A stretch of 64,000 bases of DNA from Pocillopora damicornis (lineage: Eukaryota), in assembly GCF_003704095.1 (NCBI RefSeq), contig NW_020844790.1:310001-374000 (forward strand), in the 5' to 3' direction. Position numbers and translations under genes: made by a program. Below the pieces are notes generated by a model. It was given only the letters and a program-made list of their open reading frames with translations. It made no database searches and was not told the DNA's origin. Below, in pieces: positions 19,301 to 30,981 of the stretch (position 1 is its first letter; each line of letters begins with the position of its first letter).

Positions 19301-22300
19301 GGATTCTACATCACTAAGATCCATCACCACAGAATCTGCACGAATACATCCCAGAGTGGTTTTGCATCTGCAACACTCTATAACTTGATCTTCATTGCCC
19401 TTTGAAAAAGCAAACAATTTCACATTTCTACACTACTTAATAACAATCAAAACCTTCCTCCAGCCACTGACCATGCTGCAACATTTGCAGAAAAAGTATC
19501 AAACACCTTAAAAATATGATCTTCATCAATCCTTACTGGTGCAAACTGCAGTCTTCTAGGTTCCATAGTTGAAGGGTGCACTTTGATGTAGTATTCTCCA
19601 ACAAAGCAGTCCTTTTCACCTGGTTCAAGAACCCCTGCAGCAGATGTTAGATGACTTGTTCCATGACAACACCAGTCCTGAGCAAGTTTGAGCCAGTTTT
19701 CAGAAGGCAACTCAAGAACTCTGTCAAACTGTCTTTAAAAAACAAAGATGAAAATCAATGATATTTAAAAGTTGGGAGATGCAGAGGCATATTTATTAAC
19801 AGAATGTGTTCCATATGGAAAGCAGGGGTTAGAGCCTTGGCTGAGTCACTTCAGTGTTTTGTTCTTGGGCAAGACTTTTAATTATCTTATTGTGCCTCCC
19901 ATCACACAGAAGTATAAATGGGGGCAGGAAAATGTTAAAAGAAACCTGATAAATTGCTGAGGAATAACTTTGTAATGGACTTGCATTCCATTCAGGTCAG
20001 AATATAATTTTTTTATTTTATAATTTCAGTAACTTTCTGCAGCTGAAACTAGGATAAACCCTTTGTACTAAACCTATAAAATGATTAACCCTTTGTTTCA
20101 AACTTACCAATTAATACACCTTTTATTACTAACAGAGATCTCTCAATTCTGTATCTTACAGTATGAACCAAGAAAATGAGGATGGTAAGAAATCTATAAC
20201 ATATCTGGAGTTCAAATTGGAAAGATTTTGATTTAAAGAAACTTTTGAATTTAGCTGGCAGTACTGTGAAATATGGTCTGCCACAAAGATCTTTGAATCA
20301 TAGCATGCTACACTTATTATCTGAGGCATATAGTTTAATGACTTTACAGAACCTGTCAAATGAAATTAATTGCACTTATTTGTACGTTATCATAGTTGGC
20401 AGTACTGGTTCCAATTTCAGCATGGGTAGTCCAATGTTTCCACCATAAGGTCACATGCTAGACATTCCCAAAGATAGAGGTTATCTTTGGTGGGGGGATG
20501 GTGTTGTAATAAGACAGCTGAACATGAGGAATACATTTTAAGGAGGAATTAAAGTTACTATTTGACTTTTGAGCAAGTTACATGTACAAATACAGTACAA
20601 TCTATGTTTCACATATTTCTCTATGGTGGCTCTTCTACAGTGTACATGTATGTCTAGCCTGTATAAGCTTCAATATTTAATCATGGTCTGAAAGTCTGCA
20701 ATCTGCTGTCTGTTGATTATAATGACCATGAAAAACATGTTTGCAAAACCTGAATGATATTTACATGTATGATTGCCTTGTGCAAAAGTCCAGTAAAGCT
20801 TACATTTCTGGAGAAAGAATGGATGCACCACACATGCGGCAACAAACACTGTGACAGCCCTTCCTCAATTCTCTTAATTCCTCCTTCAAAATTCTCTTTG
20901 TAAATCCCTCTTGTGATTCATGACATGTTTGATGTTCAAATCCAAGCCTCATTTGAATCTCATTTTTCCCACATGTTGAAAGGCCACTTACACTCCTGGG
21001 TATCACACTGAAAGAAACTATTTAGGGTGCATCTTGTAAGTTAAAATGGCGTTCAGTTAGATGTAATTTGGTATTATTAAATGAGTCAACAAAGTAAATT
21101 GTCCACTGTGAAGAGTTTGAATGAAAATGTTTCAGGTGTTGGTCCTTCATCAGAGAGGTGTCCAATTTATGTTATTAACTCAGTTGATAATACCAAGTTA
21201 TGTTACTAGGACACCTTGTCTGGAAAATAGGCAGAGACCGATCGACCATTTACACCCTAATATCAATATGTGTTCATCTTGTGTGTTCCCCTGGAAATGA
21301 GAGAGGCTGTAGGCCCAAACAGAAAGTGGGAAGTCCTTTTGACTAGGGGATGGCGGACTGTTTTCATTTTCTGCTAACTACAATACCTGTGCTGGAACCA
21401 ATCTGTATTGATTCATCCTCATCCTTCTTTCTGATCCTACCAGCAACAGAAAGAGGAGACTACTAACATATATCAAGAGAACAGCACAAGGTCTCCATAT
21501 TGTCCTACCTGAGCCAAAGCTACAACCTCATCACTCAAGAGAAATGGATGCCACCATACCAGAGGGTCAAATACACCTTATAATACCTATCCCTTCCCAT
21601 CTTCCCATTATTGCATTTGAGGATACTTGTGGCTTAATACACTGTAGCATGATCAGATCTGAACTGACATAGAAAGATTTCTCCACATTCTTTAACACGA
21701 GTTTAGAGTATTTCACCTCAATTCCTTAGCCATAGATCAGTTTTCCACCAAATGAACCAATTAAGTCACCAGTCAGCAAATAATACGAGTTATTGTTCTA
21801 TAATGGGCAGGTTATAAATTATTTTCACATTTCTAGGTTTGACTCTGAAAAGAATGATATTCGTTCTCAGTCTGCATTTTGTACCCAATCTGTAGTCTGC
21901 AGGCTGCATCATACATATTTTATCGACCGATTTGGCCACCACAAGGGATAAGAAGACCGAAAAAATGGGAAAATATTTGTATAGCTCCATACTATTTAGC
22001 ACAGTTCCCTGTACTTTGCGGAGCACACGGTCGTTAAGTTCATCTAGACGAAATTTTCTCCTAGCTAACATTGCTCTGAGCTCGACAAACATTTCTCGGT
22101 CAATTATTAATTATGACACTTGGGTAGCTTTGCAATATATTTACTTGTAGACAAGCACACACCTACCAGGAAAATGCACAGAAACGTTATCGCCATGTAT
22201 CTTGTCCATAGTATCTACGCTGACCACGTGGCTGTTGATCTCCAAATGTTGCGGACAAATTTTAACCTTTTTCTTTAAATCACCGCTATTAGCGAATTTC

Positions 22301-22398
22301 CTTCTCGCAGTATGTCCCAAACTAACCACTAAATAAGTAGCATTAAAGTTCTTACCGACATCACACCAAATCGGCGGTACGCTTGAATTATCCGCCAT
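16373..22398 (-). CDS. UBE3D: E3 ubiquitin-protein ligase E3D (HECT_2 family), 9 exons
   Basis: Exons at about 22398-22145, 21007-20804, 19732-19507, 19380-19248, 18935-18815, 17766-17664, 17520-17460, 17223-17079 and 16402-16373. Diagnostic motifs are RVLELPSENWLKLAQDWCCH, IECCRCKTTLG, LWLFN, VVKILY and LTFPKETCLHLILLL..S....P..R.INGFKVGYLK. The exon 1 and exon 3 donors are ambiguous. Confidence 0.88.
17267..17643. repeat. Direct repeat of about 95 bp (17267-17360 and 17548-17643) in consecutive UBE3D introns
   Basis: AGACT(A/G)GATTT..TTAGC.CAACACAAA.TTAG.TGTACAT.TA.AGCCAACA.CTAACTTGGTACGGACA occurs twice. Confidence 0.85.
19830..20015 (+). repeat. Degenerate SINE-like repeat in a UBE3D intron
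   Basis: TGTTCTTGGGCAAGAC...GTGCCTC...AGTATAAATGGG resembles a common invertebrate tRNA-SINE body. Confidence 0.4.
21065..21205. repeat. Palindromic Penelope-associated repeat with a decayed hammerhead core
   Basis: Inverted arms GGTATTAT..A.TGAGT..A.AA.GTAAATTG / CAATTTATGTTATTAACTCAGTTGATAATACC. The minus strand has CTGATGA-AGG-ACCAAC-ACCT-GAAAC at 21129-21153. Related to 39070-39185 and 57416-57600. Confidence 0.6.
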
Positions 22399-23245
22399 TT
22401 TGTAAAGTACCAGATTCCAGTACTAACTCGTCTTTTAATTAGTCGGCTCCAGTCTCTTTTATCGCCATCGGCCAGTGAGTATTTTTGACTGCTTTGTTTT
22501 GTAGCACGTTGTGGCTATTTGAGCGTGGAAGAAGCCATTTGGGGGTTTTCTACTGCATTTCTTAAATGAAAGTAAATATAGGATTCTTCTTACACCAATA
22601 ACAAACTTAATTCCAACTGCTCTATCAGGGCAGAAGTATATTTGCCTTCCTCCCCACCCTCCCCCCTCCCCTACTCTTTCAGTGAAATCACTGCCGCTAC
22701 TACACAATATGAGCCTGCGTCAATTTTTTTCGTTTGTGAGAAGAGTTTCTTTCATGTCTTATTTACCGCGCTATTGTTAAGTTTCATTTCACGGTCTCTC
22801 TAATTCCTGAAGTCGAATCCGGTATACACAGCTCATTTCCGTGTGGCTCTCTTGATTCCCCCGGGTTCTATAGTGGAAGTCTCACCAAGACATTATAAAC
22901 GGTTTACATTCTCTTGGTCTCACCAATTTTACTCACACGATATTTTTTATACTAATATTGTTTGCCGTTCAAATTGGGAATAATTACGACAAAAACAATC
23001 ATTTATAGAGCTTTGCTTTAGCTTTTATTAAATGCCTCTTTGACCCAACGTATTTGAAGAGATTTGAACTACAGTGTGTGCAATGCGGCAAATAACCCCG
23101 CCTTTCTTATCCAATAAGATAAAATAAAACGGTAATTTCGGCCAACTGGGTGCGTTTTCGTTCGTCTATTTGGAGCATCTTCTCCTTAACTATGACTAAG
23201 CAAGTGCCTCTACTTGGAGGCAAACTTAACGACTACAAGAAGACT

Positions 23246-26200
23246 CTACTTTTTGCCAGCGATTGCGACGCCCTTGTTGTCCCATTCATTGCTCTGTAAT
23301 GACTTCAGCATGAAGTGAGCGACATCAGCGCGAGAAACTCTCCAGGCAGATCTTGGTACAGACTGTCCCTCTGCCACCACATAATTAGTTTCGGTCAAAG
23401 GCCCTAAAAAAACAAAGAAACAATTCAGACAAAAACGTGTACAAAGGTACTTATGATTTAGCAATCCCCTCCACAATGACATCCGGGCTATTAAGGAGGC
23501 CTCGCTACCTTGAGTATCTAAAGTTATAGATTTGCATAGCGTTTGGACAAAGTTTCCCCAGCTTGAAACAGCTGTAGTGAGATGGTCGTATGTTTAAGGT
23601 TAGTCTGTGGAACAGGGCTGTGTTAGGAAAACTTTATTGTAGGTTGTTTGTCGTAATTCGGCTAGGTCACTAATTAAGTTCATTCAAAATGTTCGTAAAC
23701 TTGAAATTGTAATGTACGTGAGGCATGACCGGAGAAGGATCTTCAAAGCTGAATCTCATTCTTTTTAAATGCTTGAATATATATATTTTTTACACTCATC
23801 ATGAGCACTTACGAGGGTGACTCTGAACACAACTTTATCGTTCCCGTAAGAGTTAGAATAATAATCTATTTTAAGTGCGTAGCGTGGAAAATTTTCATTA
23901 GATCATAAATAAAGACAAGACTTCGAGCATAATTACTAACCAAACTGTTGCATTCGGGAACAATATGTTTGAAATCCTCGATTAGAAAAGAGAAATAAAT
24001 TATAATTGGTGTAGTAGATTCGTCGTTTTTCACCAAATTTGTGCGATATAAGCTTTCAGGGAGAGAAAGGTAAATAATCAATGGAAACATAATTCGATAG
24101 TACTCATAGTATGTTATTATGTACCTTTCGTTAGGATTGGAGGTCGCACAATAGTGTAACAGATATTGGACTTCATTACAATATTTTCCATCAGCACCAT
24201 ATCATTTATGAAAGCCCGTGCCAGTGGCCTTCCAAACCAGTCCCACAACCTGGGATTTGACGGATCTTTCTGAGTGTAAATACCAGTCATACAAACCAAT
24301 CGGCCGACACCTGTCCTGTTGAGTTCAATCAAAACGAAGAATGAAGATTTTTTTTTTCAGGTCCTATTTACAACTACTCGTTTCAGTAGTGTTCTTAGCT
24401 GCGATGATCTCTTAATTTCAACAAAACGAAGAAGTTAACACTTTGGGCCGGTTATAAACTGGAGGTCTACTCCAAATCGCAGTTTTACGCATCCAGTGGT
24501 CCTTACGTATTTTCTGTGAGAGGGTTGTTTTCCACTACTTGCTTTCAGTCGGCCCTATTGCCACTGTTTTCAAATATGAATGTTGAGATAAAGAAGATTC
24601 AGCGAAAGATAGAACGCTGTTTATTCGAAAAACGGCTAAACTTCGTTTAAGCAACCGGCCCTTTATGTGTTAAGAGAGGAGGAAGCCAAGATATTTGATC
24701 TTTAGAGATCATGAGGACTTTTGTTTTCTTCTCTATTTGTTCTTTGCCAGAATTTAAATCTATACTCGAGTGACCCACGTAGCCGTAGCATGAAGCGACT
24801 AAGAGTATCACTACTCCACCCCTTCCCCATAAAATTTTAGTCCATCGCAAGGTTACCCCTAAGCTATCAGGCTTCCCTGAGCAATTCGCCAGTTCCATTT
24901 ATACTCCTAGGGGGACTAGGCACTTTGAGGGTTAACAGTCCCACATTCTTTGTTAAAGTATACCAGCAAAATGCGGGGCATTGGTCACATCTTAGGGAAA
25001 CCGGATTATTGAGTCTGAATATGACTTGAGGAAGACAATGTGTCCAATGAGGCCTTTTCAAGGGGTTTCAGTCTCTCAGCTCTATCCTTTGTAAAATCTT
25101 TGTAAATATTTAATGCTCACTGTATTTCTCTATCTGCAGGTGTTTCACGTTATATAAAAACTCGATTACCTTTCCATTGCTGATGTGATAGGAGTTATTG
25201 ATTTTGAGTATAGCGTTGTCGGCGAGAAAATTGTTCCTTTGTGAAAACCCAGACATGACAGCACAGCATTTTTTCCTTCGATGATGGGTACCAGAGACTC
25301 TACATCAAAGATATCTCCTTTGACCACTTCGAGGTTTTCTTGTCTGAGGCGAAAAATCCAAAAATTATTTCCGGGAAAACTTGCAGGTTATCTGGTTTTT
25401 TAATTATACTTACCTTGACTCTGCGTGGCAGCGCTCTTCGCGATACAAAACTCATTGACTGAAACGTAACTCGTTTTTAATTAGAAGCCCAAATAACATG
25501 CGTGACTGACTAATCAGGGTTGTGACACCCACCAGTCTTTTAAAAATAACTTAAATCAGCTTGTACTTTGGTAAATTTACAAGATCTTGCTTTAGAGATT
25601 GATGGTTTAAAAACTAACTGAGCTTCTCTTCTAGCCCTCAATTTATGTTTGACCAAGACCGATGGCAATTTGCTTAAACGCAGTCAAGAGTGATGCAGGT
25701 GAAAAGAATATAATTATGCAAATTAGGTTGCGTGTATTCCTATTCTTCGATCGCCATTATTGTTGCTTTGCCAAATTTTCTCCCGATTTACTGCCATCCT
25801 ACTGATTTTGTGTAAGAATAAACATCACAGAATCTTTCACATACACTATGTATGACAAACAGCAATCTTAATGGGACAAACTGAATTAGTTCCACTCGCC
25901 AAGTTCTGATATTAGTGTAAAGGAGAGACATGTATTCGTATCAAATACGCTCAGTTTGCTAATTGTGATGTCTTAAAACATTGCAATGAAACCGAACGAT
26001 TTTTGTTTGCTTTAAAAATAACCTCGACCCGTGTAAGTATTGAACGAGACAAGCAAAGATTGTTTCGGCTCACAAGCTCGAGATTTAAAGACAACAGACA
26101 TCAGCAACCATAGCTATGAAAATCACCTACTTTATGGGAAAGGATTCGGGGTTTCTTGCTACGGCGGTGACGGCATGGCCTTTTTCCAGAGCTTGCTGAA

Positions 26201-26276
26201 CAACTGCAAGGCCTGTTGGTCCTGTGGCACCAAAGACTACTAGCTTTGGAAAGAGTAACTCTGCGGCAGTAGCCAT
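23246..26276 (-). CDS. BLVRB: Flavin reductase (NADPH)/biliverdin reductase B-like, 4 exons (26276-26131, 25343-25170, 24315-24125, 23403-23246)
   Basis: Motifs KLVVFGATGPTG (Rossmann), VTAVARNP, VKGDIFD, AVLSCLG, YTIVRPP and VSRADVAHFML. Introns are phase-consistent GT-AG and there are no stops. Confidence 0.9.
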
Positions 26277-28266
26277 GGCTCAGCAATTTACATGTAAGTG
26301 TATGAATATGTTTGCATCGGAAAGTCACGCTCCATCAATAAAGTCACGAAACACCAACCACTGGATACAGTCTACAGGTCGATCCATGGCGAGTGGTCCT
26401 CAGTTACAGTTTCCTAAGCTAATAGTATTTGGTGCATCAGGACCAACGGGCCTTGAAGTTGTTCAGCAGAATCTGGCAAAAGGCCATGCTGTTACTGCTG
26501 TAGTGAGAACCCCGGAAAGTTTCTCTATTGAGTAAGTGGATTTTGACTTACCTATGCTAGTTGTTGTCGTCTTTAAATCTTACCTTTGCGAATCAAAGCG
26601 ACTTTGCAAGTTTCTTCCTAGACTCTTATCCATTGAAAATTTTAAAGTAAAATCAAACAAATAAAATGAAACGGAATCTTTTCGAATTTCGAATCTTCAC
26701 TTGCACAATTAAAGACATCATCTTGGATAAACGCGCAATGTATCTGTTTCTGTGCAAACAATACATGCAAGTATATTGAAAAATTATGCGTCAGTTATAA
26801 TTCTATTTTCAATGGAAAGCGGATAGAACGCTGCCTTAATGTATATTTCTGTGCGAAATCATCGACTGAGTAGCAGCGGACCCAGAAAACATATGACAAC
26901 GCAACAAAACTAGAAATCAAGAAGGCAATTTACATATAATCCAATCTCTCAAACTCTCTTATTTTCTCGGTAAAGTAAACAACCTTTTGTTGATCTTTGT
27001 CGATTATTGATTGGAACCAATAGAGAGTCTTTCCAAAAGCTACTATTACCACGGAGTTGTAAATCACATTTCGGAGCACGTGCAGGCAAGACGAGAAAAG
27101 GGAAAAAAATGTTTTTTGGGGCGCTCAAGTTGAGATCTATGTTAGGCTGTTATTCTTTGCTAATTTATTCTTGGCTCGCACTCTTTTAAAACAACGAATA
27201 TATAATTTTTCAAAGTTAGTTAAAGCACGACGCTGCTAAACGAATTCAAAGTAAGACATATGTAACAGATCCAAATTATCACCCATTGTCCTCACCGTGT
27301 CGTGTTCTGCATTAATTTAAAAGACATCAAAATCTTGAAGTAATTAAATAGATGTCTTTGATGTAGTCTATAGCACCCATCATCGACGGAAAGAGTGCTG
27401 TGTTTTCATGCCTGGGTTTTCACAATGGAACATTTTTCTCACCAACGATGTTATACTCCAAATCTATAACGTCCATAACGTCAGCAATGGAAAGGTAATC
27501 GATTTGAATTTTTTTTGTCTTCTGTTTCTTTATACCTGTATGGTGAGATGGTTTACTGAACATAAATAAATCAAGCTAAAAGGTTGTGTCTCTTATATTA
27601 GCCCCATTTAAGAGGCAAAGAGAACATTCTTCTCAAATTATTTTTGGACTTTGTCGAGGTATCTGGTCTCCCTGGAATCTCGTCGATCGAGTTTTGGAAA
27701 GACATGTAGCAGACGACGTATGAATGTCTATATGGCCAAACAATCCCGCCATTTTGCCGCATCACGAAATCACGCTCCTTATCAGGCCGAGGTGGTCGGT
27801 TAGACCATCCTGATATCTCAAAAAGCCGAGATGATCTAAAAATAACCTCGTATTTTGGGAATAAAGCCTCCCTTGATGAGTTATAGCGCTAGCATAACGT
27901 GAACTATGGAGGCAAAGGTTCAGTACCCGTCGAAGTCTGAAATTTTCAGCTTTATCTGTTTGTTTCTTTTTCTTTCTTTCTTTCTTTCTTTCTTTCTTTT
28001 TTACTATTTCTTTTATTTTCCTCTCTCTTTTTCTAATCTTTTTTTTTCCCGCTATTACCCTAATTGCAGTAAACATGTGAAGATCAAACCGTCACTTGTA
28101 ATATATTTTTTAATTGCTTTGATTTGTTTTGATTGCAAAAGGACAGGTGTTGGTAGACTGGTTTGTGTGACTAGTATCTACGTTCAGAAGGATCCATAAA
28201 ATTCTAGGTGGATGGATTGGATTGTACGGCCACTTCTTCGGGCCTGCATCAACGACATGATACTGA

Positions 28267-28577
28267 TGTTGAAGTCCTAAATGTAATAACTGTCCTAAAT
28301 GTAATAAAGTCCTAANNNNNNNNNNNNNNNNNNNNNNNNNNNNNNNNNNNNNNNNNNNNNNNNNNNNNNNNNNNNNNNNNNNNNNNNNNNNNNNNNNNNN
28401 NNNNNNNNNNNNNNNTTAACATCTCAATGTTAGCGCAGTTAAACGATTGCATAGGAGGCTTATTACATTCAGGACGAACGTTATTACATTTAGGGATTTA
28501 TTACATTTAGGACCAAATGTTATTATATTTAGGACTTTATTACATTTAGGACAGTTATTACATTTAGGACTTCAACA
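28267..28577. mobile_element. MITE with long TIRs (TGTTGAAGTCCTAAATGTAATAAC...) and 5-bp TSD ACTGA; contains an assembly gap
   Basis: Perfect inverted termini of at least 49 bp, built from CCTAAATGTAATAA units. ACTGA lies at 28262-28266 and 28578-28582. Removing the element restores ATA CTG ATG GAA AAT. Confidence 0.92.
28316..28415. other. Assembly gap (100 N)
   Basis: Run of N. Confidence 1.
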
Positions 28578-30169
28578 ACTGATGGAAAATATTGTCATGA
28601 AGTCTAATATCTGTTACACTATTGTGCGACCTCCAAACTTGTCCAAAGGTACATTTAGGCCATGATCAACAAATGTTTCAAAAACATTCCTGAGATTATG
28701 CTCTCAACCACTACAAACAATCACCATAGTCTCAAGGATATCACCACAACATCTACAGTGCTTTAGACTACAATATGTCCAATATATTTAGAACGAAATA
28801 ACTATACGAACCAAACGAAATAACTATATGGTCAAGCCTGAAAAGTTTATGTTAGGTGAATTAATGAATGCATTCAACCTTTGAGCGAACGGCCATCTCT
28901 CAATGGTTGTCTCTAGGATGGCCAAACTACTGTCCTAACGGCATGAAATCCTTAATAAACTCTTTAACGACAAAAGTGTTTATCATCTACATCTTTCACT
29001 GAGGAAAGTTAGTTATGGTCAAAATGTCCATTTTAGCAAAGATTACAATCTAATCAAAACTCTTAGATTAAAGACAAATTTAATTTTTGTTCTTTAGGTC
29101 CTTTTACCGGAACTGATTACGTGGTAGCCGAAGGAATGTCTGTAACAAGGTCAGGCTGGATAGTTTCACGGGCTGATGTCGCTCACTTTATGTTTAAGAC
29201 ACTGCAGATCAATGACTGGGATAACAAGCGCGTCGCTATGGGTGGCAAAGATTAGGGTAGTTACTTAGTAATAAACTTTGCGTTGAAATATATGTGGTCA
29301 GTCAATCAATATGCATTACAGAGCCTGCGGTTCTTGCACGCCAGCCCTTAAAGAGCCCTTTATAGTAGACAGAGCTTACTTCCTAGCGGTTATATAACGA
29401 AGTAAAAGAGGTTACTCAATGATGCTCATTTAGTACAACGAAGAGATGGGTCTTTCCCGTTGGTATCTCGGTCGTTATTGCGTAGCTGGAAAACATAGTT
29501 CGAAACTTTATTTCAAGGCAAAAATCCATTGACGATGCCTTGAGAGAGGCCTAGAAAAAGTCGAGTTGCTTTCTTTCGTTGCTGTGTGCCCTCCGTATCC
29601 TCCGCTTTCACATTACAGCGACTCTACAATAATTATTGACAAGGCAAGAAAATATGAGACTGTGGGATATAAAAATTTTAAAAGAAAGCGAGTAATTCAT
29701 AGATGAAAGAGCACCAATAAACCGACATACCAAAGACCACTATCGAACTCAGTCAAAACTTGTTGTTTTTCTATTCACTTACATGGCGCTTTCAACACCG
29801 CTGATCCTTGAATTGCGCAGGAAGTAAGTCAAATAAGAAAATAGCAATGGTCTTACTCACTGTATCGTTCTCTGTTCAGTGAGAGCGCGAAATCCAAAGG
29901 TCTTGATTACGATTCGTCATGAGGACTCAACTTTTCCTTGCCCCAACTCTAACTGAAAGACTAACGACACCTTTCTTGATCAACTACTGGGTTTACAATT
30001 TTAAATCTGTCCTCTTCTATTTACTCAAACTGACATCCTGTCCATTAAGGTATATAGATGCAAGTATGGTTACAATTGTAGGGTGAGGCTGTGGTGACGA
30101 CGTGATAATTACACAACAAGAGGCATAATTCATCTCTATTTAAGAGATGTGTTTCCTGACAAATCCCAT

Positions 30170-30922
30170 TCAACTATAGAAACACGCCTGAAACGCTTTC
30201 TTTATCATTTGAAAACAACAGCAACTTCCAAATTCTGAGTGTTCGTCTTCATCCTTGTCATGGTAGTCACTTAAGATCTCCCTTGTGTCACGCCATTTTT
30301 TGTTCAGTGTTACAAGCTTCTCCTCAACACCATCGGTAAGAGTCGTGTCAAGGGACTCAGCAGTTATCTCTTGGCCAAGTTTATTTATGTATTTCACCTT
30401 AGCCTCCTTTTTTTCGATGTCTCTACATCGTATCTGAAAACAACAGCAACAAAAAATTGAGAAAAAAGTAAACATACAAAAAAGAAAGAAACATGAATTT
30501 ATCGGAGCTAAATTCAAAGATAAGTCAAAGACTGACAAGCTACAATCCCGAACATAAATAGTCGACAATCCTTTAAAATACCCTTTATGGCGTTCTATTG
30601 CCCCTCTGACTCTCCCTTTCAATCAATCACCAGTTTGGTTTGTGATCGGTGTTTCCAAGACCAAAATGAAGAATGGCAGAGGAAGCAGTGAGTGTTCCAG
30701 CAAAGTGTTTGAGAAGGTAGATGTCCATTTAAATTTTGCGTTTCCCTTAAATAGAAAGCTTTTCTGAATCTTTTTCACCGTTCGATGGTAATGTTTATAT
30801 CAAATATTTTTCCTCGTGGTTCTAATTGAATTACGCATTAAAAGCAACCGATGAGAACTTAAGGCAAAAATATATGCCTGTGTATGCATGCATTGAGTAA
30901 TCGAGGAGAATATATATATCTT

Positions 30923-30981
<59 letters not shown>

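Larger units (their letters stand above)
26386..29255 (+). pseudogene. BLVRB: BLVRB-like pseudogene, head-to-head with the intact copy (exons 26386-26531, 27324-27494, 28142-28648, 29098-29255)
   Basis: Same exon structure as the intact gene. Lesions are a frameshift plus TAG at about 27349, TAA at 28197, and a MITE inserted in exon 3. Confidence 0.88.

Noticed and set aside
21790-22150. 100-aa and 72-aa ORFs in UBE3D intron 1
   Set aside because: Partly made of a dispersed repeat also seen at 18503, with no recognisable domain.
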